64,000 bases of DNA from Bacillota bacterium (GCA_029226935.1 JAQXYZ010000066.1:1748-65747), one strand, 5' to 3'. Positions 32,376 to 42,858 are shown, numbered from the stretch's first letter. The notes: a model not told the origin generated them from the sequence alone. Numbers and translations: made by a program.

Positions 32376-33473
32376 TCAGGTATTGCTTTTTGCCAAAACA
32401 GCATCCTCAATTAGTCTCATTATTGTTTTAATGGAACTTAACTGATTGCTTTTTCCCATAGCATCAATATAAGTTTGTCTTGTAAAATATAATTCTGTTA
32501 TTTTTTCAATAAGTAGTTCAGCGGATAAATCATCATCATCAATTACCATGGAATATCCTTGGGATTCAAAGGACTTGGCATTTAATATCTGATCTCCGCG
32601 ACTGCTATTTGCAGACAATGGTATCAAGAGATTTGGTTTTTTCAGGGCAAGAATTTCGCAGATGGAATTTGCCCCTGCTCTGGAAATAACCACATCTGCC
32701 ATGGCAAACAGATCTTTTAATTCGCTCTTTACGTATTCAAACTGGATGTAACCCTTTTCATGAAGAAGCATATTATCAATCTTGTCTTTTCCACAGATAT
32801 GCACAATTTGAAAATCATGTAAAAGCTTTGGGAGTGCTTCTCTTACAGCTTTATTGATAGAAGCAGCTCCAAGACTGCCACCGATTACCATGATAACCGG
32901 TCGATTTGCGGTAAATCCGCACAAATCAAGAGCAGCAAGTTTATCTCCCCTTTTCAGTTCGTCTCTGATAGGAGACCCGGTTAATACCGCTTTTTCTTTG
33001 GGAAGCATCGCCATGGTTTCCGGAAAATTGCAACAAACTCGTCTGGCAACCGGAATACATAATTTATTGGCAAGTCCCGGTGTCATGTCAGATTCGTGAA
33101 TGATGCAGGGAATGTGCAGGGAGGCAGCAGCTCGCACCACTGGAACACTGACAAAGCCGCCCTTTGAAAAAACCACATCAGGTTTAATCTTTTTCAGATA
33201 TTTTCTTGCTTCTCCAAATCCTTTTATTACGCGGAAAGGATCGGTAAGATTCTTTATGTCAAGATAGCGTCTGAATTTTCCGGTAGCAATTCCATAATAA
33301 GGAATATCAAAATCAGTAATCAGCTTCTTTTCGATTCCGTCATAAGAGCCGATATAAGAAATTTCATATTCCGCTTCTTTTAAATAGGGCAATAGCGCAA
33401 TATTTGGTGTTACATGTCCGGCAGTTCCGCCACCTGTGAGAACTATTTTTTTCGTTGGGTTTAAGTCGCTCAT
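32376..33473 (-). CDS. murG: undecaprenyldiphospho-muramoylpentapeptide beta-N-acetylglucosaminyltransferase
   Basis: LTGGGTAGHVTPNIAL G-loop, GGSLGA, and the overall 365-aa GT28 layout. Confidence 0.92.
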   Translation of the reverse strand: MSDLNPTKKIVLTGGGTAGHVTPNIALLPYLKEAEYEISYIGSYDGIEKKLITDFDIPYYGIATGKFRRYLDIKNLTDPFRVIKGFGEARKYLKKIKPDVVFSKGGFVSVPVVRAAASLHIPCIIHESDMTPGLANKLCIPVARRVCCNFPETMAMLPKEKAVLTGSPIRDELKRGDKLAALDLCGFTANRPVIMVIGGSLGAASINKAVREALPKLLHDFQIVHICGKDKIDNMLLHEKGYIQFEYVKSELKDLFAMADVVISRAGANSICEILALKKPNLLIPLSANSSRGDQILNAKSFESQGYSMVIDDDDLSAELLIEKITELYFTRQTYIDAMGKSNQLSSIKTIMRLIEDAVLAKSNT

Positions 33474-33490
33474 AAAGGAGCCTCCTAAGT

Positions 33491-33745
33491 TTAACAGTTT
33501 CCTTTTTTAATCTGTTCCAAAGCAAGTGCCAGCTGGTCAGGACAGGAGGTGGACTTAAAGCCACAACGGATTCCTTTCAGCTTGGAGATAGCTTCATCTA
33601 CAGGCATACCGGTTACCAGGCTTGCAATTCCCTTGAGATTGCCGTTACAGCCTCCAAAAAACTCAACATATTTAACCTTGCCGTCTTCAACTTCAACATC
33701 AATCGAGGTAGAACAAGTTCCTTTGGTCTGATATTTCATAATCAC
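33491..33745 (-). CDS. TIGR03905-type TSCPD-domain 4-Cys protein
   Basis: 84 aa with GTCS...FFGGCNGNLKGI...GIRCGFKSTSCPDQLA. Confidence 0.75.
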   Translation of the reverse strand: MIMKYQTKGTCSTSIDVEVEDGKVKYVEFFGGCNGNLKGIASLVTGMPVDEAISKLKGIRCGFKSTSCPDQLALALEQIKKGNC

Positions 33746-33924
33746 TCATCCTTTCTTTAATGGATAAGTATAGCAGAAAACAACTGTTTTTTCCAGTGGA
33801 AAAAGGGATTTTCGGGAAAATGAAACAGTTTTTTGAAAAAATAAGGCGAGCACTTACAGCCTTCATCATATTGAGGGAAAAAAATCCTTCTACTATAATT
33901 AGTATAGTAAAGAAAGGAGAAAAT

Positions 33925-34620
33925 ATGTTTACAATATTGTTTGAGCACAAATTACTTACGGGTTTAATTTCTTTTTTTCTGTTATCCAGTATTTTATGTC
34001 AGATCATTTCCGGTGTGATTTACCAAAATATGATTTCTGAATCGGATAATATGTCTGCTACAGAAAATAAGCTGTTAAAACAATGTAAGCAGAAATATGC
34101 AAATTACTATAAGCTTAACGGAAAAATGGTCAATACAGATGTCTTTGTGGACAAGTTTCTTCAGAAAATCTGTATTGCAAAAATACACTTGGTGCGTTTG
34201 CCTTATCTGGCAGGACAGATGATGATGTTTTCTGTACTGATGACAGGAATATCTGTCTGCCTTTCACTGGCAGCAGGAAATACTTTATTTCAGATTATTC
34301 CCTATTATCTGATTAGTATACTGGGGCTTTATCTGTATTTTTCAGTTTCAGGTATAATTGATGTGCAGGAAAAGAGAAAGATTTTAAAAATAAACCTGAT
34401 TGATTATCTGGAAAATCACTTTGCGCCAAGACTGGAGACAGAAAAGGAAAATGCCCTGGAGGAAGGCATCAAAAAAAGAGAAAAATATGCAAAAGAATTT
34501 TTGCCGGAGGATCTTTTGGCAAAGCCTGTCATAAAAGAAAAAAGCCAAACAGCAGAAAGCCAGGATACAAGGGTATGTCAGGAAGAATTGGAAGATCTGC
34601 TGGAAGAATTTTTTGCCTGA
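33925..34620 (+). CDS. hypothetical membrane protein with an acidic C-terminal tail
   Basis: ATG 33925 follows an AAAGGAGA SD. About 4 TM helices; no recognisable motif. The upstream part of tracked ORF 33760 is probably not translated. Confidence 0.5.
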   Translation: MFTILFEHKLLTGLISFFLLSSILCQIISGVIYQNMISESDNMSATENKLLKQCKQKYANYYKLNGKMVNTDVFVDKFLQKICIAKIHLVRLPYLAGQMMMFSVLMTGISVCLSLAAGNTLFQIIPYYLISILGLYLYFSVSGIIDVQEKRKILKINLIDYLENHFAPRLETEKENALEEGIKKREKYAKEFLPEDLLAKPVIKEKSQTAESQDTRVCQEELEDLLEEFFA

Positions 34621-34703
34621 AATATTGGAAAACCGGATTATTTATGATAAAGTTGAAAACGTAGCAAAAAATTACAGAAAAACGGTAAGGTTGGATAAGA
34701 TAC

Positions 34704-35474
34704 ATGGAAGCAGACATTGAGAAAGAGAAAAAATGCCGATATGGTTTTCTGGACAGTATCAGGGGATTGGTGCTTGTAAGTATGATTCTTTTTCATACCT
34801 GCTGGGATTTGGTCTATCTGTTTGGAAATGAGTGGGAATGGTATCGAAGTCCCGGTGCTTATGTCTGGCAGCAGAGCATTTGCTGGGTCTTTATTTTGTT
34901 ATCAGGTTTTTGTTGGCAATTGGGAAAGAATCATTTAAAGAGAGGATTGACAGTTTTTCTTGCAGGTGGATTGGTGTCATTGGTTACAATCATTTTTATG
35001 CCGGAAAATCGGGTTGTTTTTGGTGTGCTCACATTGATTGGATGCTGTATGTTGTTGATGATTCCATTGCATGAGATTTTTCAAAAAGTGCCTGCAGGAT
35101 GGGGATTTGCTATCAGTGCACTATTGTTCTTACTTACCCGCAATATAAATGACGGATATCTTGGATTTGAAGGCTTCAATATCTGTAAATTACCGGAATT
35201 TTTGTACCGGGGAAATTTAATGACTTTTTTGGGTTTCACGGAAGCCGGTTTTTATTCAACGGACTATTTTTCAATGATACCTTGGGCATTTCTATTCTTT
35301 ACGGGATATTTCAGTTATCGTTTTCTGGTGGAGACAAAGGATGAAAAAGTTATGGATCAGTATTTTGCAAAAGGATGGAAGCCTCTTTCTTTTTTGGGTC
35401 GGCATTCTTTGATCATATATATACTGCATCAGCCGTTTATCTACGGAATACTCCTGTTTTTTTATGGAAGATAG
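34704..35474 (+). CDS. DUF1624 / heparan-alpha-glucosaminide N-acetyltransferase-like membrane acyltransferase
   Basis: N-terminal RYGFLDSIRGLVLVSMILFHTCWDL signature, polytopic. Confidence 0.75.
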   Translation: MEADIEKEKKCRYGFLDSIRGLVLVSMILFHTCWDLVYLFGNEWEWYRSPGAYVWQQSICWVFILLSGFCWQLGKNHLKRGLTVFLAGGLVSLVTIIFMPENRVVFGVLTLIGCCMLLMIPLHEIFQKVPAGWGFAISALLFLLTRNINDGYLGFEGFNICKLPEFLYRGNLMTFLGFTEAGFYSTDYFSMIPWAFLFFTGYFSYRFLVETKDEKVMDQYFAKGWKPLSFLGRHSLIIYILHQPFIYGILLFFYGR

Positions 35475-35525
35475 TCCTTTTCTGTGTTATACTTGATGTG
35501 TTTGACACAGGAAAGGATTATTTTT

Positions 35526-36728
35526 ATGAATAATGCGATTGTTACCCTGAAAAAGGGGGAAGGGCGTACCATCAAATCGGGTGGTATGTGGATATTTGAT
35601 AATGAAATTGCAAGTATTATGGGTAGTTTTACTAACGGAGATATCGTGGAAATTCACGATTTTGATGGCTATCCCATGGGAAAAGGATTTATCAACCAGA
35701 ATTCCCGGATCAGAATCCGTTTGATGACCAAAAATATACACCGGGAAATTGACAGTGATTTCTTGTATCAGAGAGTCAGGGAATCTTGGGAATACCGAAA
35801 AAAGGTGGTAGATACCACAAGCTGCCGTGTGATCTTTGGGGAGGCGGATTTCCTTCCGGGGCTTGTAATTGATAAATTTTCGGACGTATTGGTGGTAGAA
35901 TCGCTGGCTCTTGGAATTGACAGATATAAAGAAGAAATAGTTAATATTTTGAAGGAGCTTCTTTTGCAGGACGGAATTTCTATCCGGGGCGTTTATGAGA
36001 GAAGCGATGCCAAGGTAAGACTGAACGAGGGTATGGAACGGGTCAAGGGTTTTATCGGGGATGAATTTGATACCAATGTTGAAATTGTTGAAAATGGTGT
36101 TAAGTATATTGTAGATGTGAAGGATGGTCAGAAGACAGGATTTTTCCTTGATCAGAAATATAACAGACTGGCAATTCAGAAGCTTTGTAAGAATGCATGT
36201 GTATTGGATTGTTTTACTCATACAGGTTCATTTGCACTTAATGCGGGAATTGCAGGTGCAAGGAAGGTCATTGGTGTGGATGCTTCTCAGCTTGCTGTGA
36301 ACCAGGCCACAGAGAATGCAAAGCTGAACAGATTGGAGGATATCGTAACCTTCCGGTGTCAGGATGTGTTTGAACTGCTGCCGCAGTTGGAGGCTGCCGG
36401 AGAGAAATTTGATGTGGTCATCTTAGATCCACCTGCATTTACCAAGTCCCGCAATTCTATTAAAAATGCCGTCAAAGGGTACAGAGAAATCAATTTGCGT
36501 GCTATGAAGCTGGTAAGGGATGGCGGATTTCTGGCAACCTGTTCCTGCTCGCATTTTATGTCCTATGAACTGTTTACGGAAACCATTAATCAGGCTGCAA
36601 GAAATGTACATAAGAGATTAAGACAGGTTGAATTTCGCACTCAGGCGCCGGATCATCCCATTCTCTGGGCAGCAGATGAATCTTATTATTTGAAGTTCTA
36701 TATTTTTCAGGTGGTGGAAGAAAAGTAG
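35526..36728 (+). CDS. class I SAM-dependent rRNA (cytosine-C5) methyltransferase, RlmI/YwbD-like
   Basis: PUA-like N-terminus (VTLKKGEGRTIKSGGMWIF), SAM-binding VLDCFTHTGSFAL, and ILDPPAFTKS. The start is ATG 35526. Confidence 0.85.
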   Translation: MNNAIVTLKKGEGRTIKSGGMWIFDNEIASIMGSFTNGDIVEIHDFDGYPMGKGFINQNSRIRIRLMTKNIHREIDSDFLYQRVRESWEYRKKVVDTTSCRVIFGEADFLPGLVIDKFSDVLVVESLALGIDRYKEEIVNILKELLLQDGISIRGVYERSDAKVRLNEGMERVKGFIGDEFDTNVEIVENGVKYIVDVKDGQKTGFFLDQKYNRLAIQKLCKNACVLDCFTHTGSFALNAGIAGARKVIGVDASQLAVNQATENAKLNRLEDIVTFRCQDVFELLPQLEAAGEKFDVVILDPPAFTKSRNSIKNAVKGYREINLRAMKLVRDGGFLATCSCSHFMSYELFTETINQAARNVHKRLRQVEFRTQAPDHPILWAADESYYLKFYIFQVVEEK

Positions 36729-36792
36729 AAAAAGGAATAGCGAGCTGCTATTCCTTTTTTAATCAGGGCTTATTGAAGAATTGTTAATCATT

Positions 36793-38499
36793 TTATAAGT
36801 GGAAATATTTCATTGTATTAGACAGGTCGTCTGCAATTGCCTTTAACTGTAATGCACTATCTTCAATCTGCTCAAATGTATTTGAAACCTCGATGGTCTG
36901 TGCATAGGTTTCTTGTGTATTTGCTGCATTTTGCTCTGCTATTTCAGACAAACCTTCCACTGCCTGAATAATTTTGTTTCGTGAGCTTTCTAACTGAACT
37001 GTAGTGGACTCAATCTGTTCAATCTTTTCTACAGAAGTACCAATTCCATCCATTACTTCTGAAACGATTTTTTCGGTTTCCATCATATTCTGACTTTGAC
37101 TGTTAATAATTTCCTGTACTCTGCTCATAATGTCTACCGCTTCACCAGAGTTGTTTATTAAATCATTGGTAATCACATCAATCGCATGACTTGATTCATT
37201 GGATTGTTCTGCCAATTTTTGAATCTGTGCAGCGACAACAGCAAATCCACGGCCACTTTCCCCGGCTCTGGCAGCCTCAATGCTGGCATTTAAGCTAAGG
37301 AGATTTGTTTCTTCTGCAATGGAAGTTATGATTTCGGTTGCAGAGCGGATTTTTTGTGCAGAATCGTTGGTTAAATTTATTTGTCTGGTAATTGTTTCTA
37401 TGGATTTTTCGACTTCTTCGTTAATCTGCCGTAACTGTTGTATGGTAGTTGTTGCCTGTTCACTGGATTTCCTCATCATGTCCGCATTTTGATTAAGTAA
37501 ATCTACCTCGCTTGAAGTCACACCAATCTGCGCTCCCATAAGCATAATATTTTCTGTTGTACTTTTGGTGCTTTTAGCTTGTTCTGTGATATTGCCTGTA
37601 ATGGAGCTAACTGTGTTTTCAACTTGCTTCATAGTGGAATTAGTTTCCTTTGCCGTTATACCGAGCTCATTTGCCGCAAATGTAAGTTTATCTGTACTTT
37701 GTGCAATTTTGCTTATGATGTTCTGGAGCGCCTTTTGCAATGTGTCTATTGAATTTGCCAAGTCGCCAATCTCGTCTTTTCTACTTAATATTTTCTTATC
37801 AATGGGATTACCCAATTCGCCTTCCGCTACTTTATGTACAGCGCCAATTCCTTTCTTTAATGACTTTGTTATTGAGACGGAAATAATTACTGCAATAATG
37901 ATACAAACCATCACAACTGCAACGACAGAAAAAATAACCGTCCAAAGAATGTTATTGATAGTTGCGTCCTTTGCTTTTTTATCTGTTCCAACAAATATCA
38001 TTCCAATTGGATTTGTATCCGTTCCTTTTTGATAAACCGGAATGTAATAACCATAATTTATTATGCCATCTAAAGATACAGAGGAACTAAAATATTCCTC
38101 ACCGCCGTTTAACACTTTTTCAACAATAATATCACCTGCCGGGGAGCCTAAAATACGTTCGCCATCACTATCTTTTGCGGAAGTCATGATTCGTTCATTT
38201 CCATAAAAGAAAGTAACATCCATCCCAGATTCTTCTTTGATGTTATCCAGCAGGTTCTCTGATTTTGAAATATTATATCCGCCCTTCCACACATCTCCAT
38301 TTTCTGCTCTTAGATAATTTCCTGAATTTTGATTATAAGCAGCCAGAGTTGCTGTTGCTGTACCTCTAAGTGAGTCTTTCACTTCACTGACAAGTGAATT
38401 TTTCACCTTTGTCAGCGTAATCATAATTGTGACTATTCCTAATAATAAAATTGGTAAAATTGCAACTGACAATATCTTCTTTTTCAAATCCATTTTCAT
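36793..38499 (-). CDS. methyl-accepting chemotaxis protein with an extracellular Cache-like domain
   Basis: TM1, a ~150-aa sensor (GYYIPVY, GMIFVG), TM2, HAMP, and the conserved signalling hairpin [38 protein letters not shown]. The start is ATG 38499 or the TAATG-coupled ATG 38523. Confidence 0.9.
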   Translation of the reverse strand: MKMDLKKKILSVAILPILLLGIVTIMITLTKVKNSLVSEVKDSLRGTATATLAAYNQNSGNYLRAENGDVWKGGYNISKSENLLDNIKEESGMDVTFFYGNERIMTSAKDSDGERILGSPAGDIIVEKVLNGGEEYFSSSVSLDGIINYGYYIPVYQKGTDTNPIGMIFVGTDKKAKDATINNILWTVIFSVVAVVMVCIIIAVIISVSITKSLKKGIGAVHKVAEGELGNPIDKKILSRKDEIGDLANSIDTLQKALQNIISKIAQSTDKLTFAANELGITAKETNSTMKQVENTVSSITGNITEQAKSTKSTTENIMLMGAQIGVTSSEVDLLNQNADMMRKSSEQATTTIQQLRQINEEVEKSIETITRQINLTNDSAQKIRSATEIITSIAEETNLLSLNASIEAARAGESGRGFAVVAAQIQKLAEQSNESSHAIDVITNDLINNSGEAVDIMSRVQEIINSQSQNMMETEKIVSEVMDGIGTSVEKIEQIESTTVQLESSRNKIIQAVEGLSEIAEQNAANTQETYAQTIEVSNTFEQIEDSALQLKAIADDLSNTMKYFHL

Positions 38500-38522
38500 A
38501 ATTGCCACCATTCCTTCCTGCA

Positions 38523-39698
38523 TTAATCTAAAACAACCACATTTTTAAAATACCAGTTAATGCCTCCTGTAATAGTAGCATCATCTAAAGTTTTACCTTC
38601 CTCACCTACTGTACTTCCGTCGTTTGTTTCAATCACCCCGTCAAATACATTGAATGAACCTGAAAGAATTTGTGCTGTAGCCTCGTCTACTTTTTCCTGT
38701 GTTCCATCTGCGCAGAAACTTGCAAGGTCTGTCACTTCTACAAGTCCTTCTTTCATACCACCATAATAATTTGAACCATCCCATGTGCCGTCAATAATGC
38801 TTTCTACCGCTGATGTATAATATGCGCTCCAGTTCCAAATAACGCTGCACAAACAAGAATCCGGAGTTTCCTTACTCATATCAGAATTATATCCAATTCC
38901 GTATACTCCCCTTTCCTGCGCCAGTGTCTGTGGATAAGGCGTATCGCAGTGCTGCGACATTACATCACATCCCATATCTAACAGCTCTTCTGTTGCTGCC
39001 TTTTCAGCTTCAGGATCGAACCAGCTGTTTGTAACTTTTACATATATGACTGCATCCGGGTTCACTGAATATATACCCATTGCAAATGCATCAATACCGC
39101 CTGTTACTTCTGAATTAGAGGAATCCTGTGCAGCAACATACCCGATTTTATTGGTTTTTGTGTTCATTCCTGCAACAATGCCACTTATATATCTTGCTTG
39201 ATAGATTCGACCAAAGTAATTGTTGAAATTTTTGCCATTACTCATATATCCTGTTCCATGTGAAAAATATATGTCCGGGTATTTTTCTGCCATATCGGAT
39301 GTCGGCTGCATATAACCCCAGCTTGTAGTGAAAATCACATTACATCCTTCATCTATACATTCCTGAATGGCTGTGCAGATTGCTTCTGCATCTCCATCAT
39401 CTACATTCAGTTTTCGTACGATCTGATCGTCTGTTAGTCCGAGGTTTGCCTGCATTCCCTGAATGCCTATGTCATGTGTATATGAGTATCCGCTTCCTTC
39501 TGCCGGGTCTGAAATATGTAATACCCCAACTTTTATTTCTTCTTTAGGTATTCCTTTGCTATCTTCCACTACCTCCGTCGGTTTTTCATATCCCTTATTG
39601 GTTGCATAATCATCCATATTTTCACTTCCGCAGGCAGTTAATAGAAACAAACATGATAGGAAGATGGATAAACATTGACATTTTCGTACTTTTTTCAT
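38523..39698 (-). CDS. BMP-family (PnrA/Med/TmpC-like) substrate-binding lipoprotein
   Basis: Lipobox [11 protein letters not shown] and a BMP-like core ([24 protein letters not shown]). Confidence 0.8.
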   Translation of the reverse strand: MKKVRKCQCLSIFLSCLFLLTACGSENMDDYATNKGYEKPTEVVEDSKGIPKEEIKVGVLHISDPAEGSGYSYTHDIGIQGMQANLGLTDDQIVRKLNVDDGDAEAICTAIQECIDEGCNVIFTTSWGYMQPTSDMAEKYPDIYFSHGTGYMSNGKNFNNYFGRIYQARYISGIVAGMNTKTNKIGYVAAQDSSNSEVTGGIDAFAMGIYSVNPDAVIYVKVTNSWFDPEAEKAATEELLDMGCDVMSQHCDTPYPQTLAQERGVYGIGYNSDMSKETPDSCLCSVIWNWSAYYTSAVESIIDGTWDGSNYYGGMKEGLVEVTDLASFCADGTQEKVDEATAQILSGSFNVFDGVIETNDGSTVGEEGKTLDDATITGGINWYFKNVVVLD

Positions 39699-39967
39699 TT
39701 GTTCTTTGAACCTCCTTTTGTGTTTAACTTTGCTTTGCCATGATATTTCAAATCCTGAATGATTGGAAAATAATACTAATTATTTAACATTATCATTATA
39801 TTCAGCTGAAAATGTTTTTGGCAATATAAATAATAAGGTTTTAAGAAATGATTTTAAAGTAATAGATAAAAAATAAGGATGAGATAGAAATAAAAATCAG
39901 TTGAATCCACGTCTAAGGTAATGATATACTGTGCGTATGTCTGATTGATGGAAAGAGGAGTACGAAA

Positions 39968-40828
39968 ATGGTAGCAGATGTGGTAATGGATACTTTACTT
40001 GACGGGATAAAACTGTTTCCGTTCTTACTTATTACCTATTTGGTAATGGAATATATAGAACATAAGACCAGCAGTAAAACACAGCAAATCATGAAAAACG
40101 CAGGAAAATGGGGTCCCATCGCGGGCAGTATTCTGGGGGTAGTTCCGCAGTGTGGATTTTCTGCTGCAGCTTCTAATCTGTATGCAGGGCGCATTATTAC
40201 GGTGGGAACGCTGGCAGCAGTATTTTTATCAACATCAGATGAAATGCTCCCTATTTTAATATCTGAGCAGGTAAACCCTGTTACTATTATTCGAATTCTT
40301 GCAGTGAAAGTTTTAATCGGTATGGTAATAGGCTTTCTTTTAGATCTTATTATTCGCCGGAAAAAGGGAACTGAAAAAGAAGAATTTCGCATTGAACACA
40401 TGTGTGATCATGAGCACTGTCATTGTAAAGAAGGAAAAATTTTCAGGTCTGCATTCAATCATACGTTACAGATTTTTATCTTTATTCTTGTAATCTCTTT
40501 TTTGCTTAATCTGTTGATTGGTTATGTGGGAGAAGATAAGCTTGCAGCGCTTATTTCCGGTAAACCTGTTTTAGGACCGATGCTTTCTGCACTGATTGGA
40601 TTGATTCCTAACTGCGCGTCTTCTGTGGTGCTGACTCAGCTTTATTTGGAAGGGGTACTGGGAGCAGGGGCTATGATAGCAGGATTACTATCCGGATCCG
40701 GAGTCGGACTTTTGGTGTTATATAGAGTAAATGATGATTTGAAGGAAAATCTTAAGATTACAATCATGCTTTATGCAGTAGGGGTTGTATTTGGAATTCT
40801 GATTGAGATGCTGGGGATTGTGTTTTAA
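39968..40828 (+). CDS. polytopic membrane protein of the putative heavy-metal/arsenical permease type (ArsP_2 / putative manganese transporter family)
   Basis: 286 aa with VPQCGFSAAASNLYAGRIITVGTLAAVFLSTSDEMLPIL and a second half containing GLIPNCASSVVLTQLY. The central loop is HMCDHEHCHCKEG. The family name is from memory. Confidence 0.5.
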   Translation: MVADVVMDTLLDGIKLFPFLLITYLVMEYIEHKTSSKTQQIMKNAGKWGPIAGSILGVVPQCGFSAAASNLYAGRIITVGTLAAVFLSTSDEMLPILISEQVNPVTIIRILAVKVLIGMVIGFLLDLIIRRKKGTEKEEFRIEHMCDHEHCHCKEGKIFRSAFNHTLQIFIFILVISFLLNLLIGYVGEDKLAALISGKPVLGPMLSALIGLIPNCASSVVLTQLYLEGVLGAGAMIAGLLSGSGVGLLVLYRVNDDLKENLKITIMLYAVGVVFGILIEMLGIVF

Positions 40829-40887
40829 AGAAACAAAAAAAGCACCATCCCCAAGGCTCTTATGTCCTCAAAAATGGTACTCCTAAG

Positions 40888-40960
40888 TGCACCGCCAGGG
40901 GCTCGAACCCTGGACACCCTGATTAAGAGTCAGGTGCTCTACCAACTGAGCTAGCGGTGC
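40888..40960 (-). tRNA. tRNA-Lys (anticodon CTT), 73 nt, no encoded CCA
   Basis: The minus strand folds as GCACCGC-TA-GCTC-AGTTGGTA-GAGC-A-CCTGA-CTCTTAA-TCAGG-GTGTC-CAGGG-TTCGAGC-CCCTG-GCGGTGC-A, a full cloverleaf with anticodon loop C-T-CTT-A-A. Confidence 0.92.
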
Positions 40961-41001
40961 AAATTTATTTTATCTGTCGTTTCATTTACAACGCAAGTGT
41001 T

Positions 41002-41030
41002 ATTATAGTATAATGTCATTTGATTTGCAA
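41002..41030 (-). promoter_or_regulatory. candidate sigma-A promoter for tRNA-Lys
   Basis: The minus strand reads TTGCAA, a 17-nt spacer, then TATAAT. It interdigitates with a plus-strand TTTACA (40985), 18-nt spacer, TATAAT (41009) facing tatD. Confidence 0.4.
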
Positions 41031-41073
41031 GCTTTTTTTTAAAAAAATTTTTAGAAGGAATGAAAAATAAAAA

Positions 41074-41841
41074 ATGATCTTTGATACGCATGCACATTAT
41101 GATGATGAAGCCTTTGATAAGAACAGGGGTGAACTGTTAAAAAAAATGAAAAGTGAGGGTGTGGGTTTTATTGTAAATGTAGGCGCCAGTATGGATTCTG
41201 TGAAAACGACACTGGCACTTGCAAAAGAATATCCCCATATTTATGCAGCCATCGGTGTACATCCCTCAGAGACGGAAAAATTGTGTGAACAGGACATGCA
41301 GTGGCTTAGGGAGCAGGTTCCCAACGAGAAGGTGGTTGCCATCGGTGAAATCGGGCTTGATTATTATTGGCCGGAGCCGGATCATCCTACTCAGAAGAAA
41401 TGGTTTGAGAGACAGCTATCACTTGCCAGTGAAGTAAAGCTTCCCGTTGTTATACATTCAAGAGATTCTGCAAAGGATACTCTTGATATTTTAAAAGGAT
41501 GGCATAAGGAACTGCATGGAGGGGTGATTCACTGCTTTTCCTACACGAAGGAAATCGCAAGGGAATATTTAAATATGGATTACTATTTCGGAATTGGCGG
41601 TGTTCTTACCTTTAAGAATGCCAAAAAGCTGATAGAAGCTGTGGAATACATTCCTTTGGATAGAATCTTATTGGAAACAGATTGTCCTTATCTTGCACCG
41701 GAGCCATATCGCGGAAAGAGAAACCAATCTTCTTATATTGACTTTGTGGCTCAGAAGCTTTCTGAAATTAAAAAGCTTGATAAGGAAGAGATCTTGATGC
41801 GTACCATGGAAAATGCAAGGAAATTTTATGGGATAGATTAA
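41074..41841 (+). CDS. tatD: TatD-family metal-dependent hydrolase (YabD)
   Basis: MIFDTHAHY, GEIGLDY, VVIHSRD, ETDCPYLAP. Confidence 0.92.
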   Translation: MIFDTHAHYDDEAFDKNRGELLKKMKSEGVGFIVNVGASMDSVKTTLALAKEYPHIYAAIGVHPSETEKLCEQDMQWLREQVPNEKVVAIGEIGLDYYWPEPDHPTQKKWFERQLSLASEVKLPVVIHSRDSAKDTLDILKGWHKELHGGVIHCFSYTKEIAREYLNMDYYFGIGGVLTFKNAKKLIEAVEYIPLDRILLETDCPYLAPEPYRGKRNQSSYIDFVAQKLSEIKKLDKEEILMRTMENARKFYGID

Positions 41842-41857
41842 AAGGAGAGCAACTAGC

Positions 41858-42742
41858 ATGGCTTATTTGGCAACACCTACGGCAACTACCGAGGTAATAA
41901 AAAAGCATGGTTTTAATTTTCAAAAAAAATTTGGACAGAATTTTTTGATTGATGCCAATATTCTGGAAAAAATCGTAGATTCCGCAAAAGTCACAAAAGA
42001 TGACTGTGTAATAGAAATTGGTCCCGGAATTGGCACAATGACGCAATATTTAGCAGAGCGCGCCAGAGAAGTGGCTGCTGTGGAAATTGACAAAAATTTA
42101 ATTCCCATTCTGAAAGAGACACTTTCTGAATATGATAATGTGACTATCATTAATGAAGATATTTTAAAGGTTGATATCAACAGACTGGCAGAAGAAAAGA
42201 ACGGAGGCAGACCCATCAAGGTAGTGGCAAATCTGCCTTACTATATTACAACACCTATTATTATGGGATTATTCGAAAGCCATGTACCTTTATCCAGTAT
42301 CACGATCATGGTTCAAAAGGAAGTGGCAGATCGTATGCAGGTAGGACCCGGAACAAAGGATTACGGAGCACTCAGTCTTGCAGTGCAGTATTATGCCAGA
42401 CCGGAAATCGTGGTAAATGTCCCCCCAGCCTGTTTTATGCCAAGGCCTAACGTGGGAAGTGCAGTGATACGCCTTACCAGATTTGAAAAACCTCCTGTTA
42501 AGGTAGATGATGAAAAAAAGATGTTTTCCATCATTCGTTCTGCTTTTAATCAGAGAAGGAAGACATTGGCAAATGCTCTTGCAAACGGTTTTTGTCATGT
42601 CGACAAAGATGGAAAGGCGGTACATGTAAGCAGGCAGGAGGTTTGTGAGGTTCTTAATCAAATGGGAATCAGCGAAACCATCAGAGGAGAAGCGCTCACA
42701 TTGGAGCAATTTGCGCTTTTAAGCAATTTATTGAAAGCATGA
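41858..42742 (+). CDS. rsmA: 16S rRNA (adenine1518/1519-N6)-dimethyltransferase
   Basis: KKFGQNFL, the SAM motif EIGPGIGTMT, and NLPYYITTPI. Confidence 0.93.
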   Translation: MAYLATPTATTEVIKKHGFNFQKKFGQNFLIDANILEKIVDSAKVTKDDCVIEIGPGIGTMTQYLAERAREVAAVEIDKNLIPILKETLSEYDNVTIINEDILKVDINRLAEEKNGGRPIKVVANLPYYITTPIIMGLFESHVPLSSITIMVQKEVADRMQVGPGTKDYGALSLAVQYYARPEIVVNVPPACFMPRPNVGSAVIRLTRFEKPPVKVDDEKKMFSIIRSAFNQRRKTLANALANGFCHVDKDGKAVHVSRQEVCEVLNQMGISETIRGEALTLEQFALLSNLLKA

Positions 42743-42806
42743 TACAACATATATGGATAAAAAAACCAGTTAATCGCCATATATTGAGGATTTATCGCAT
42801 ATTTTT

Positions 42807-42835
42807 TTGACATACGAAAGGGCATATGGTAAACT
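42807..42835 (+). promoter_or_regulatory. candidate sigma-A promoter for the 900-aa gene
   Basis: TTGACA, a 17-nt spacer, then TAAACT. The tracked ATG 42826 lies inside this spacer, which argues for the downstream start at 42859. Confidence 0.4.
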
Positions 42836-42858
42836 TAAAAAATGAAAATAGGATAATT

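Noticed and set aside
35487-36221. A 244-aa minus-strand ORF opposite the RlmI-like gene.
   Set aside because: It has no motifs or SD and lies entirely within a well-supported plus-strand gene, so it is a typical shadow ORF.
39699-39967. A 269-bp AT-rich spacer between the BMP lipoprotein gene and the permease-like gene, considered as a possible small RNA or metal riboswitch.
   Set aside because: I could not identify any conserved structure or motif. It most simply holds two divergent promoters.
40829-41073. tRNA-Lys as a possible integration site for a mobile element.
   Set aside because: There is no integrase or recombinase gene, and I saw no direct repeat of the tRNA 3' end. The flanking genes (tatD, rsmA, a permease) are ordinary.
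42290-42709. A 139-aa minus-strand ORF inside rsmA, plus similar ORFs inside mnmE (9204..9665), DUF1538 (26797..27225), glgB (45632..46828), gyrB and dnaN.
   Set aside because: All lie within strongly supported genes on the other strand and have no recognisable domains.
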